Shown: positions 30,119 to 39,621 of the stretch, piece after piece | Numbering within the stretch: the stretch's first letter is position 1 | How the letters are laid out: the number at the start of each line of letters is the position of its first letter | NCBI GenBank assembly: GCA_963767925.1 | Contig: CAVYGB010000002.1 | Coordinates: forward strand, 2,080,001-2,144,000 | Length of the DNA stretch: 64,000 nucleotides | Direction: 5' to 3' | Source: an uncultured delta proteobacterium | GTDB lineage: Bacteria > Myxococcota_A > Polyangia > Fen-1088 | Made by a program: the position numbers and the translations under genes | The notes under the pieces: generated by a model | Told to the model about the DNA's origin: nothing | Seen by the model: the letters and a program-made list of their open reading frames with translations, nothing else | Database searches by the model: none

Positions 30119-30298
30119 ATGTCTTCCAGCCAGCAGAAATCGTCGCGGCAGCCCCCGACGACCGGGGAGCCGCGAGCGGAACCGCAAGACCAGAGCGGAT
30201 CCGGTTCAGGGAATGCTACCGAGCCTTCTGAGCGGCGGCTCAAGGAGACGCTGGAGAAGCTGAAGAAGGAGGACCCCAACATCTATCCGATCTTCTAG
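30119..30298 (+). CDS. 59-aa peptide ending LKKEDPNIYPIF
   Basis: GGAGG RBS before ATG; stop 8 bp before the next gene; C-terminus resembles small peptides found beside carbamoyltransferases. Confidence 0.7.
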   Translation: MSSSQQKSSRQPPTTGEPRAEPQDQSGSGSGNATEPSERRLKETLEKLKKEDPNIYPIF

Positions 30299-30306
30299 GG
30301 TCCCTG

Positions 30307-31176
30307 ATGAGCATGAGTCCCCCAGTTTCACTGCGCCCCTACGACGGCGGTAGCCTCCCCATGCCGGCCAACGCCGGCAAGAGCTTCGATCGATATGGAG
30401 TCGATCAGAGCGGCCGGGTGACCTACTCGTTCAACGGACTGGGTTTCCGGAGCGAGGAGTACGCGCCTCGGGCGGCCCGCCACATCTTCGTCGCCGGGTG
30501 CAGTCACAGCTTTGGCCTGGGCATCCCGCTCGCGCAGTCATGGCCCAACTGCTTTCGCGCGTTGTATTGCCAGCGTCATGGTCTGCGCGAGGAGCAAGTG
30601 AATCTCCTGAACTTCTCGTCCGTGGGCGCGTCCAACCGCTATATCACGCGGACCATCCTGGCCCAATGCGAACGCAGGCGACCGGACCTGGCGTTGGTTC
30701 AGCTCACCCACAAGAACCGGATGGAGAACGTCATCGAGGGGCGGGGCTTCAATATTCTCCCCACGATACTCCGATCGGACAACCGGGCCACCTTCAGCAT
30801 GGGTGAAACGCAGGAAGTCCTTTTCACTCGCTTGCGAGAAGCCGCCCGGAGCTACTACGGCTTTTATACGGACGAGTTCGGGGGAATGGAGCTTCTGCTC
30901 AACCTTCTGCTGGTGCAACGGTACTTCGCCCATCGTCAGATTCCCTGCGTCTTCCTGTGCATCGACCCCCTTCCCGAGGTCCCGCTCCTGCGCCCCCTGG
31001 TCGAGATGGTCGACCATTCCTGCCTGAAGACCTTGCCGGGACCGATCTTCGAGTGCCTCGAGGACGTCGGAACCGTGGACCTGCATCCGGGGGCCCGCAC
31101 CTCCGCCCGGCTCGCGGCAGAGCTCTTCGAGGTCTACCAGCGCGTGCAAGGCGGATCGCCTGGCGTGTCCGCATGA
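30307..31176 (+). CDS. SGNH/GDSL hydrolase-like protein
   Basis: YSFNGLGFRS, AGCSHSFG, NFSSVGASN and DLHP. Confidence 0.7.
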   Translation: MSMSPPVSLRPYDGGSLPMPANAGKSFDRYGVDQSGRVTYSFNGLGFRSEEYAPRAARHIFVAGCSHSFGLGIPLAQSWPNCFRALYCQRHGLREEQVNLLNFSSVGASNRYITRTILAQCERRRPDLALVQLTHKNRMENVIEGRGFNILPTILRSDNRATFSMGETQEVLFTRLREAARSYYGFYTDEFGGMELLLNLLLVQRYFAHRQIPCVFLCIDPLPEVPLLRPLVEMVDHSCLKTLPGPIFECLEDVGTVDLHPGARTSARLAAELFEVYQRVQGGSPGVSA

Positions 31177-33227
31177 CGGCGAGAGCTGTCATCCGGGAAG
31201 TTCTCTGGACCATCTTCTACTTCGGTATCGTCACCCCGATCGGTCTGCTCTGGCGGACGCTGATTCGACGTGATCCGCTCCACCTGCGCCGCTCCCGCTC
31301 ATCGACCTACTGGCGCAGCCGCCCGGCCAGCCTCGGCGGCGGCGTCCAGCGCGTGGTCCGGGTGCCAATCCGGTTGCAGCGGCGGGCCCGACGCGGGTGC
31401 GTTCTCGGGATATCGGCCTACTACCACGACAGCGGCGCCGCCCTGGTGATGGACGGTCAGGTGCGAGCCGCCGCTCAGGAGGAGCGTTTCACCAGGAAGC
31501 GGCACGACGCCAGCTTCCCTCACCGGGCCCTCTCGTATTGTCTTCAAGAAGCGGGGATCCAGCTGGCGGACGTCGACCAGGTCGTCTTCTACGAGAAGCC
31601 GATGCTGAAGCTCAACCGCCTGGCCGTGACCCATCTGGCGATCGCCCCACGGGGTCGGGAGTCCTTCCTCGCCGCGGCGCCGCTGTGGCTGGGGAGCAAG
31701 ATGTTCCAGCAACGGACCATCGGGCGCGAGCTAAGGCGCCTGGAGCCCAGCTTCGACGTGAAGCGACGACTGGTCTTCGTCGAGCACCATGCCAGCCACG
31801 CGGCCAGCGCATTCTTCCCGTCCCCCTTTTCCGAGGCCGCCATCTTGACCATGGACGGCGTGGGCGAGTGGGCTACCACGACCGCCGCTGTGGGGCGTGG
31901 CAATCAGATCGAATTTCTGGAGGAGATTCGTTTCCCGCACTCCCTCGGGCTCTTGTTCTCCGCCTTCACGGCCTACACGGGCTTCCGGGTGAACTCCGGA
32001 GAATACAAGCTCATGGGCCTGGCCCCCTATGGCCAGCCTCGATACGCGTCGCTCATCCTCGAAGAGCTAGTCGATCTGCGGGAGGATGGTTCCTTCGCCC
32101 TCAACCAGGACTATTTCGACTACTGCGGTGGGCTCCGCATGACCACGCCCCGGTTCGACGCCCTCTTCGGTGGCCCGCCGCGCGATCCGGACGCTCCGCT
32201 GACCCAGCGGGACATGGATCTGGCGGCCTCGATCCAGGCTGTCACGGAAGAGGTCGTGCTCCGACTGGCCCGGTACCTGGCGCGCAGGACCGGGATGAAG
32301 CGACTCTGCCTGGCTGGTGGTGTTGCTCTCAACTGCGTCGCCTCCGGCAAGGTGCTGCGCGCCCGAACCTTCGACGACCTCTGGATCCAGCCAGCCGCCG
32401 GAGACGCCGGTGGCGCGCTGGGCGCCGCGCTGTTCGCGCATCACCACCTGACGGGCGCGCCGCGCAGTTCCGGACCCCAGGACTCGATGCTGGGTGCTTA
32501 CCTGGGCCCCGCCTTCAGCGATGCCGAGATTGCCACGCGCCTGAAGGCCATTGGGGCCCGTTTCGAGACCTGCGGCGAAGCAGAGCTGGTGGTCGAGACG
32601 GTGGAGGGGCTGATGGCGGGAAAGGCGGTCGGGTGGTTCCAGGGACGTATGGAGTTCGGCCCCCGGGCGCTGGGGGCCCGATCGATCCTCGCTGACGCCC
32701 GTTCACCGGTCATGCAGAAGCGGCTCAACCTCAAGGTGAAGTTCCGGGAGTCCTTCCGGCCGTTCGCCCCCATGGTACTCGCCGAGGATGTGCAGGACTG
32801 GTTCGATCTGGATCGACCCAGCCCTTACATGCTGCTGGTGGCGGAGGTCGCCCAATCGCGCCGGCGAGAGATGAGCCCCGCGGAGCGACAGCTGTTCGGC
32901 ATCGATCAGCTCAACGTGCCGCGCTCGCAGATCCCCGCGGTCACCCACGTCGACTACTCGGCGCGAATCCAGACTGTCCAGGCCGCCACCAACCCGCTTT
33001 GCCATCGCCTGCTCTCCGAGTTCAAACGACGCACCGGCTGCCCGGTGCTCGTCAACACGAGCTTCAACGTGCGCGGCGAACCGATCGTCCAGGAACCGGA
33101 GGAAGCCTTTCGCTGTTTCATGGGCACCGACCTGGATCTTCTGGCCATTGGCTCTCATCTGTTGCGCAAGGAGGACCAGGATCCCGCCCTGACCTCCAAC
33201 TATCGGCACCAGGTTCCCCGGGATTGA
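31173..33227 (+). CDS. Carbamoyltransferase (NodU/CmcH family) with N-terminal SxtJ-like membrane domain
   Basis: LGISAYYHDS, EERFTRKRH, EHHASHAAS, DGVGE, EYKLMGLAPYG, GPRALGARS and NTSFNVRGEP. N-terminus FYFGIVTPIGLLWR...DPL...STYW. Confidence 0.92.
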   Translation: MTARAVIREVLWTIFYFGIVTPIGLLWRTLIRRDPLHLRRSRSSTYWRSRPASLGGGVQRVVRVPIRLQRRARRGCVLGISAYYHDSGAALVMDGQVRAAAQEERFTRKRHDASFPHRALSYCLQEAGIQLADVDQVVFYEKPMLKLNRLAVTHLAIAPRGRESFLAAAPLWLGSKMFQQRTIGRELRRLEPSFDVKRRLVFVEHHASHAASAFFPSPFSEAAILTMDGVGEWATTTAAVGRGNQIEFLEEIRFPHSLGLLFSAFTAYTGFRVNSGEYKLMGLAPYGQPRYASLILEELVDLREDGSFALNQDYFDYCGGLRMTTPRFDALFGGPPRDPDAPLTQRDMDLAASIQAVTEEVVLRLARYLARRTGMKRLCLAGGVALNCVASGKVLRARTFDDLWIQPAAGDAGGALGAALFAHHHLTGAPRSSGPQDSMLGAYLGPAFSDAEIATRLKAIGARFETCGEAELVVETVEGLMAGKAVGWFQGRMEFGPRALGARSILADARSPVMQKRLNLKVKFRESFRPFAPMVLAEDVQDWFDLDRPSPYMLLVAEVAQSRRREMSPAERQLFGIDQLNVPRSQIPAVTHVDYSARIQTVQAATNPLCHRLLSEFKRRTGCPVLVNTSFNVRGEPIVQEPEEAFRCFMGTDLDLLAIGSHLLRKEDQDPALTSNYRHQVPRD

Positions 33228-33282
33228 GGCCAGACGATCATCGAAGGAAGGGCATGAACATTCTCAAGCAAGGCCGGAGAGG

Positions 33283-34923
33283 TTGAGGGTCGGTCTCATC
33301 ACCCGACCGGCCAGCCTGGCCAGCCTCGAGCGGGTGTACCGCGACCTGGCCCGGGCAGTCGGTGCGAATCACGAGGTGCGGTCGTGGCCAGTGGCCGTGC
33401 CCATCGACGCCCGCCCCGACGAGATGCCCGACCGTCTGGTGGCCGGGGTAGATGCGCTGGTCGGTGTGCTCGATCCGGCCGTGCTGGAGGCGCGCGCCCG
33501 TATCGGGTCACGGGTTCCCTACCTCCTCTTGCTGCAGGGCCACCTGACCCGGGGTGGGCACGATTTACTCCCGGTCGCCCATCTGCTCCGTAGCACGGAC
33601 GTCCTGGTTGGAAACTGCAGCGCCGACCTGGAGGTCACACGGAGAGTTTTTGCCAACGCCCGGGTGGGACTGGTGCCGTACGCCGTCGATCCGGAGGAGT
33701 TCTATCGATACGATCCGTCGAGGCGCAGGCAGGTCCGGGAGGCGCGCGGCATCGGCCCGCAGGACCGGGTCCTCGCGTACGCCGGACGCATCTCACTGGA
33801 GAAGAATCTCCTCGCCACGCTCCGGATCTTCCGCGTGCTCTGCGACGTCGTCGACGGCGTGCGGCTGGTCGTGGCGGGTCCGATCTCGAACAACCCGTTT
33901 CGAGAATCCGGCGTGCACCCCATCGACCTGCGGACCACGCTCCAGCGCGCGATCGATCGGCTCGGCCTGCCAGCCGAGCGCGTGCATTTCCTCCGCGGTC
34001 TGGACGGCCCGGGCACGCGCGATTTGTACAACCTGGCTGATGTCTTCGTGAACATGACCCTGCATCACGACGAGAACTTCGGCTACGGGCAGGTCGAAGC
34101 CATGCTCTGCAGCACCCCGGTGGTGGGTACCAGCTGGGGCGGGCTGAAGGACACCATCGCTCATGGGGTGGGTGGATACCAGGTGAGCAGCGCCCTCACC
34201 GAGTCCGGGGTGAAGGTCAACTGGTGGGAAGCCGCGGACCGAATTGCCGCCATCCTTCTGGACGCCGACCTCCGCGCCCGGCTCGGCGAAGACGGTCGTC
34301 TCCACGCCCGCGAGCGGTTCTCGCTGGCCCGCATGCAGGAGGCGCTGGAGGCTCTCCTGCAGGAGTCCACCCGGGATGCAACCCTCGGTGAGCCTCTGCG
34401 CACCACCGAGCTGGGCAGCCGCCTCTGGGGTCGGCACGGCCAGCGACGCCCCCTCTCACCGCTTCCGTACCCCACCCCCTTGCCGCTCTACCGGGAGCTC
34501 ATCGCCCCGTACGCCGGGCTGACCGAAGGGGTCGTCGCTCGGCCCGAGCTCGACGACCCTGGCCTGATCCTGGTGCTGGCCCAGCCGGTCGAGCTGTTCG
34601 ACCACCTGATCAAGGTCGTTGATCCGCTGTATCCCCTCGACATCACCTTGCCGCCCGCGGTTCGCGAACCGGTGAGGCAGCTGATGGTGGCCCTCATCAG
34701 GGCGCCGGCGAGTCGCGCGGTCGATCTGCCCGGGCGCTGTCCCGGCCTCTCGGCCGATGCCCTCGCCGCCGCGGTCGCGTGGTCGAGTCAGCAGGGCCTT
34801 CTCTTTGCCACCCGATCCCTTGGCGGCCACCTGCAGCCTCGCGCGGTGGGGCCCGCGCTCGGTGTCCCCCTGTTCCGGAGTCGGCCCGCCGAGGTCGACG
34901 ACGACCTGGTCGTGGTCCGATGA
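33283..34923 (+). CDS. Glycosyltransferase family 4 with C-terminal extension
   Basis: YAGRISLEKN and ENFGYGQVEAM, plus roughly 180 aa of extra C-terminal sequence. Confidence 0.85.
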   Translation: MRVGLITRPASLASLERVYRDLARAVGANHEVRSWPVAVPIDARPDEMPDRLVAGVDALVGVLDPAVLEARARIGSRVPYLLLLQGHLTRGGHDLLPVAHLLRSTDVLVGNCSADLEVTRRVFANARVGLVPYAVDPEEFYRYDPSRRRQVREARGIGPQDRVLAYAGRISLEKNLLATLRIFRVLCDVVDGVRLVVAGPISNNPFRESGVHPIDLRTTLQRAIDRLGLPAERVHFLRGLDGPGTRDLYNLADVFVNMTLHHDENFGYGQVEAMLCSTPVVGTSWGGLKDTIAHGVGGYQVSSALTESGVKVNWWEAADRIAAILLDADLRARLGEDGRLHARERFSLARMQEALEALLQESTRDATLGEPLRTTELGSRLWGRHGQRRPLSPLPYPTPLPLYRELIAPYAGLTEGVVARPELDDPGLILVLAQPVELFDHLIKVVDPLYPLDITLPPAVREPVRQLMVALIRAPASRAVDLPGRCPGLSADALAAAVAWSSQQGLLFATRSLGGHLQPRAVGPALGVPLFRSRPAEVDDDLVVVR

Positions 34924-34975
34924 GCGGCTGTGCGAGCAACCCGGCGGCAAGAGCGGGGGCCCTGGACGGTAGCGC

Positions 34976-35890
34976 GTGCTCTACGGCCGGCTAGCGGGAC
35001 TGGACAAGCCGGTCTCGCGGGCCATCGTAGGCTGCGAGCTCGAGGACGGGACGGAGGTGTGGGACCGGTTCGTCGATCTCGGCGGAAACAGCTTCGACAC
35101 CTCACACGTCTGGCGGGACGGGGCGGGTGAGCGGGCACTGGGGGCCTGGCTGGCCAGCCGGGGCGTCGGCGCGAGCGCGGTGGTGATCGTCAAGGGCGCA
35201 CATCCGCCTTGCTGCGACCCGCACAGTGTCGTGCGCGAACTGTCCGAATCTCTGGATCGGACCGGGCTGAGCGCAGCCGATGTGTACGTGCTCCACCGGG
35301 ACAACCCCGATATCCCGGTCGGCGAATTCGTGGACGTCCTGAACCAGCTGTGCGACGAGGGGCTGATCGGCATCTTCGGCGCATCCAACTTCACGGCGCA
35401 GCGATTCAGCGAGGCGAACGACTACGCGGTCCGCCATCAGAAACGCCCTTTCCGCGTACTGAGCAACCACTTCTCCCTGGCCACCATGGAGGCGCCAATC
35501 TCCCCCGGTGTCCGGAGCGCCATGGATCCCATCACCCGGGCCTTCCTGAGCCAGAGCCAGACGCCGCTCTTCGCCTGGTCGAGCCTGGCGCGCGGCTACT
35601 TTCACGCCCGGACTCCCAACCGGCTCCCGGAGGGGCGGGATCGGGCGGAGCGGTTCTTCGACAGTCCCGAGAACCGGGAGCGTCGGCGTCGTGCCGCCGA
35701 GCTCGGATCGCACAGAGGGCTCACCGCCGCTCAGATTGCGACCGCCTACGTCCTGAATCAGCCGTTTCCGTCGTTTGCCGTGCTGGGGCCACGCACCGTA
35801 GGCCAGGTCGACGACTGCCTGGCAGGCGTCGGCGTGGACCTGACGCCCGCCGAGCTGGCCTGGCTGGGGCTTGCTCGCCCGGAACGTTGA
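34976..35890 (+). CDS. Aldo/keto reductase
   Basis: GGNSFDTSHVW, KGAH, YVLHRDNP and FGASN. Confidence 0.88.
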   Translation: MLYGRLAGLDKPVSRAIVGCELEDGTEVWDRFVDLGGNSFDTSHVWRDGAGERALGAWLASRGVGASAVVIVKGAHPPCCDPHSVVRELSESLDRTGLSAADVYVLHRDNPDIPVGEFVDVLNQLCDEGLIGIFGASNFTAQRFSEANDYAVRHQKRPFRVLSNHFSLATMEAPISPGVRSAMDPITRAFLSQSQTPLFAWSSLARGYFHARTPNRLPEGRDRAERFFDSPENRERRRRAAELGSHRGLTAAQIATAYVLNQPFPSFAVLGPRTVGQVDDCLAGVGVDLTPAELAWLGLARPER

Positions 35891-35894
35891 AGCC

Positions 35895-37259
35895 TCAGCT
35901 CAGCTGCTGATTAATCTGCCGGGCAACATGCGCGCTGAGGGCCAGCGTGGTCAGGGTAGGATTGGCCGCGCCGGCCCGCGGGAAGAGGCAGGGACCGACC
36001 ACGAACACGCCTGGGAGCTGGCGAAGCTCGCCCGTCACGTCGACCAGCTCACCACCCAGCGGAAGCGTGCACGCGTCGTGATCGATGGTTCCCAGGGGGC
36101 ACCGATACCCGACCGCCACGCCCGGTTCGGCCAGCGCCATCTTCATTGCTGCGTCGAAGTCGGGCGGGCCGCCCGCGCTCCCCTCTCCACCAAGCGGGAT
36201 CCCGAGCGTGCCGCTCAGCTCGAGCAGCCAGCTGCGCTGATCTGCCAGGATCCTTTCGTCGGCAGCCGTGGGCTCGACCGAAACGACGAGGTCCTGCGCC
36301 GGTGAAACGAAGCGGACGGTGGCCGTCGGTCCGGGGAGTTGCTCGCCCATGGTCCAGGCGTCCACGACAGTCTGCTCGCCAATGCGATGGACCTCCAGGA
36401 AGCGGTTGATCCGGTGCGGTTGGTCCCGGCCCAGCAGGATCGAGGCTTCCTCGTTGCCGGGCGACGCGCTCCCTTCTGGACGCACGCAGACCCATCCCTG
36501 TGAGTGGTGGTCCACGATGGGATACGGCCGTTCGATCCCGGTGAGCCATGACACCAGCCGCGCATTTTCGAGGGCGCCGGTGGCCAGCACCACCGCTGCC
36601 GCGGACACCCGTTCCATCCCCGCGGGCCCTTCCAGCGTCGCCTCGAATCCCCCGATTCGCCCCGTGAGGCCTCTGAGACTCCGGCTGGACAGGACCGGGA
36701 TGGACCCGATCTCCTCGAGCGGCGAATACGCCGTCCAGAATCCGCCGTCCAGCGGGCGAGCCGCCCGTGGCGTGGGCGTCGCTCCTTCCAGGCCCAGCTC
36801 CCGCAGGCGCCGCAGCCAGGAGATCTCGCTGGCGTTGCGGGGCGCGGCCAGAGGGCGTCCCGACCACGCCGTCAGACGTCGTTCCACGCCGGCGTAACCG
36901 CCCGGGCTCTCCGGATCGCCGTCTTGCAGGGCCTGCTGTAACTCCCGGGGCCAGTCCGCGAGAGCGAAACCTTCCAGTCGTAGAACGATGCCCCGCCAGT
37001 AGAGGGATCGGCCCCCCACTCTCAACCTCGACCCTGCCCGAGGTCCATAGTGGATGGCGCTCGCGTCGCGCTGCCATGGGCGAAAGTGTGGATCGTGGCC
37101 GGGATCCATCCACGACCGCGTCGCTTCGGCCGCCGCGATGTGCGCAGTGGGTGCGGCTGGACCGAGGTCGCTGATCAGGACGGGCACCCCGCGCCGGCGC
37201 AATTCGCCGGCGACGGCTGCCCCGCTCATGCCGCAGCCCATGACCAGCACCGGATTCAT
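35895..37259 (-). CDS. GMC-family FAD oxidoreductase
   Basis: GCGMSG Rossmann motif, VGGRSLYW, LATGALENARL and GAANPTLT. Confidence 0.85.
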   Translation of the reverse strand: MNPVLVMGCGMSGAAVAGELRRRGVPVLISDLGPAAPTAHIAAAEATRSWMDPGHDPHFRPWQRDASAIHYGPRAGSRLRVGGRSLYWRGIVLRLEGFALADWPRELQQALQDGDPESPGGYAGVERRLTAWSGRPLAAPRNASEISWLRRLRELGLEGATPTPRAARPLDGGFWTAYSPLEEIGSIPVLSSRSLRGLTGRIGGFEATLEGPAGMERVSAAAVVLATGALENARLVSWLTGIERPYPIVDHHSQGWVCVRPEGSASPGNEEASILLGRDQPHRINRFLEVHRIGEQTVVDAWTMGEQLPGPTATVRFVSPAQDLVVSVEPTAADERILADQRSWLLELSGTLGIPLGGEGSAGGPPDFDAAMKMALAEPGVAVGYRCPLGTIDHDACTLPLGGELVDVTGELRQLPGVFVVGPCLFPRAGAANPTLTTLALSAHVARQINQQLS

Positions 37260-37379
37260 TTTGAATGCTCGAGGGCCAGACTAACCGGCGTTTGGTGGGT
37301 CCCTCCGCCGCTAAACGCTCCAGAACGAAGGAGCCGATCTCAGCGGTCGCGTGCTGTCGCCAGAGTTAGGATATCCGCC

Positions 37380-38174
37380 ATGCAGACGTCACCGTGGAGC
37401 GGGTTGTACGAGCGCATGTTGCGCGCGCCATCCCCGGCCGATCTCTTCGACCGGGTCCGACACGAAGGCCGGCGCTTCGTCCTGGTCACCGGCTGCCAGC
37501 GCAGCGGGACTTCCTGGATGCGCAAGCTCCTGGCCCAGGCCCTTCCCGGGGCGGCCGCCCCCAAGGAGCTGGAGGCTGGAAAATTTCTGATCGATGGAGA
37601 CCCCCTCGACCTGCCTGGAGCGTCGATCGTCGTGCTGCAGACGACGTTCGCAAATACCTACCCAGATTGTTTCGCGCGTTTGCCCGCGACTGTGCCAGTC
37701 ATTCTGCTTCTGCGTAACCCATATTCCGTGTGCCGTTCCCTGGTCTACAACTGGGACAGTCTCGACGTGGAGCACGCGCACCGGAGCGGAGATCCCGCCC
37801 GCGTGCTCAGCTTGCCAACGGACCTGGACCGGTGGAACGCAGCCATCTCCATCTATTGCCAGAGCGCCCGCGCTGCCCAGCAGATCGTGCGGGAGCGACC
37901 GACGTCGACCCGGTTGGTGGTCTACGACGATTTCGTCCACCACGTCTCGGAGGGCCTGGCGCAGCTGGCCGGCTTCCTCGGGTACCCCCCGCCGACCGGC
38001 GTCCCGGGAGCTCCCGTCGATGTGTCCACGCTCGACAAGCAGCGGTCGCTGCCGCCCGCGTTCCGAGAGCTCGTCACCGAGAGCTGTCTGCCTCTTTTCG
38101 ACAGGTTGCTGGCGGAGTCGCGCGCCTCAGGGGCTCAGCTGTCGATCGGCGCGGCTCGACCGCGCCTGTCGTAA
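37380..38174 (+). CDS. Sulfotransferase
   Basis: GCQRSGTSW PAPS-binding loop and LRNPYSVCRS. Confidence 0.8.
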   Translation: MQTSPWSGLYERMLRAPSPADLFDRVRHEGRRFVLVTGCQRSGTSWMRKLLAQALPGAAAPKELEAGKFLIDGDPLDLPGASIVVLQTTFANTYPDCFARLPATVPVILLLRNPYSVCRSLVYNWDSLDVEHAHRSGDPARVLSLPTDLDRWNAAISIYCQSARAAQQIVRERPTSTRLVVYDDFVHHVSEGLAQLAGFLGYPPPTGVPGAPVDVSTLDKQRSLPPAFRELVTESCLPLFDRLLAESRASGAQLSIGAARPRLS

Positions 38175-38243
38175 CAGAGCGTAGTCGGCCTCGTCGGTGC
38201 GACCCTCTGGCTCCGCGAGAGGCCCTTCGCGTCGGGGCTCGCC

Positions 38244-39443
38244 TCACTCCCCGAGTCCGGCACCCCGCAGCGCGAGCTGGTTCGGTCCGACGTTCCGGAG
38301 CAACTCGACGATCCGGGCGCTTGCCCGTCCGTCCCCGTAGGGGTTGCTGATCCGGCTCATGGCCTGGTAGTGAATTTCGTCTTCCAGGAGGCGTTGGACC
38401 TCCTCGAAGATGCGCTCGGGCCGCGTGCCCACGACCCGCGCCGTACCCGCCTCCACCGGTTCGGGCCGCTCCGTGTCATCCCTGGCCACCAGCACCGGCC
38501 GGCCCAGCAAAGGCGCCTCCTCCTGCACCCCTCCCGAATCGGTCAGCACGAGATGAGCGCGCTTCAGGAGATAGACGAAAGCCAGATATTCGGCTGGACC
38601 GACCAGATGGATGCGGCTGCGACATCCGGCCGGAGCGGCGGAGAGCATCTCCCGGACCGGAGCGTGCACCTGTGGATTCAGGTGGATCGGCCAGAGCAGA
38701 TCGGTATCCGGAAAATACTGGACGATGTCAATCAGTGCCCGGCAGATGTTCTGGACCGGCTCTCCGAAGTTTTCGCGGCGATGGGCCGTCACCAGAATGA
38801 GCCGCCTGTTGCGGTCCAGGAAGGCGAACTCCTTGTCGAGCGCCTCGACCAGCGAGTGATCGTTGTCCAGCGATCGGGACATGTGCAGCAGGGCGTCGAC
38901 CCCGGTGTTCCCCGTGAGGTGAATTCGTTCTGGAGGGATCCCTTCGCCGACCAGATTGTCGCGGGCGGTGACGCTGGGAGCGAAGTGTACGTCAGCCAGG
39001 CCGGCGATGAGCTTGCGGTTCACCTCCTCGGGCCAGGGCGAGTATTTGTTGCCGGTTCGTAGCCCTGCCTCGACGTGCCCGATGTTCGCCCGTGCATAGA
39101 AGGCGGCCATCGCGCCCGCCATGGCGCTGGTTGTATCCCCCTGGACGAGAACCCACTCCGGGCGGAAATCGCGTAGCACGGGCGCCATTTTGAGCAAAGC
39201 CCCGGTCGTCACGTCGGCCAAGCTCTGGTCGGTCCGCATCAGATCCAGGTCGAAGTGGGGCTTGAGCGAGAACAGCGTCAGCACCTGGTCGACCATGAAA
39301 CGCTGCTGGCCGGTGACACAGAGGGCGTACTCGAACTCGGGGTGCGATTCGAGCGCCTTGCACAGGAGCGCCATCTTGATCGCTTCCGGCCGGGTGCCAA
39401 CCACAACCAGGACTCGCGTCCGCGAGAGCGAGTTTTTGCTCAT
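38244..39443 (-). CDS. wecB: UDP-N-acetylglucosamine 2-epimerase (non-hydrolysing)
   Basis: GTRPEAIKMA, VQGDTTS, HVEAGLRT, PEEVNR, TDSGGVQEEAP and NPYGDG. Confidence 0.95.
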   Translation of the reverse strand: MSKNSLSRTRVLVVVGTRPEAIKMALLCKALESHPEFEYALCVTGQQRFMVDQVLTLFSLKPHFDLDLMRTDQSLADVTTGALLKMAPVLRDFRPEWVLVQGDTTSAMAGAMAAFYARANIGHVEAGLRTGNKYSPWPEEVNRKLIAGLADVHFAPSVTARDNLVGEGIPPERIHLTGNTGVDALLHMSRSLDNDHSLVEALDKEFAFLDRNRRLILVTAHRRENFGEPVQNICRALIDIVQYFPDTDLLWPIHLNPQVHAPVREMLSAAPAGCRSRIHLVGPAEYLAFVYLLKRAHLVLTDSGGVQEEAPLLGRPVLVARDDTERPEPVEAGTARVVGTRPERIFEEVQRLLEDEIHYQAMSRISNPYGDGRASARIVELLRNVGPNQLALRGAGLGE

Positions 39444-39621
39444 TGAAGTCCTGGAGCCATCTCGGGCGATGATCGGCTGTCGGACAACGCTTGGCCATGC
39501 AGCAAAAGACGGCGCGGTATTCCCCAGGATGACGGCGGTGTCGACGGTCAGCGGCCTCGACTGTCGCACTTGACGGCACCCGGAAGGATGGCCCGCCCGG
39601 TAGTGTCGGAGGCGAACCACC

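Noticed and set aside
30119..33227. Saxitoxin biosynthesis cluster
   Set aside because: Only SxtI/J-like elements are present; there is no sxtA PKS-like gene or sxtG amidinotransferase.
34964..34978. ops/JUMPstart element (GACGGTAGCGCGTG)
   Set aside because: It is an imperfect match located late in the operon rather than in a leader.
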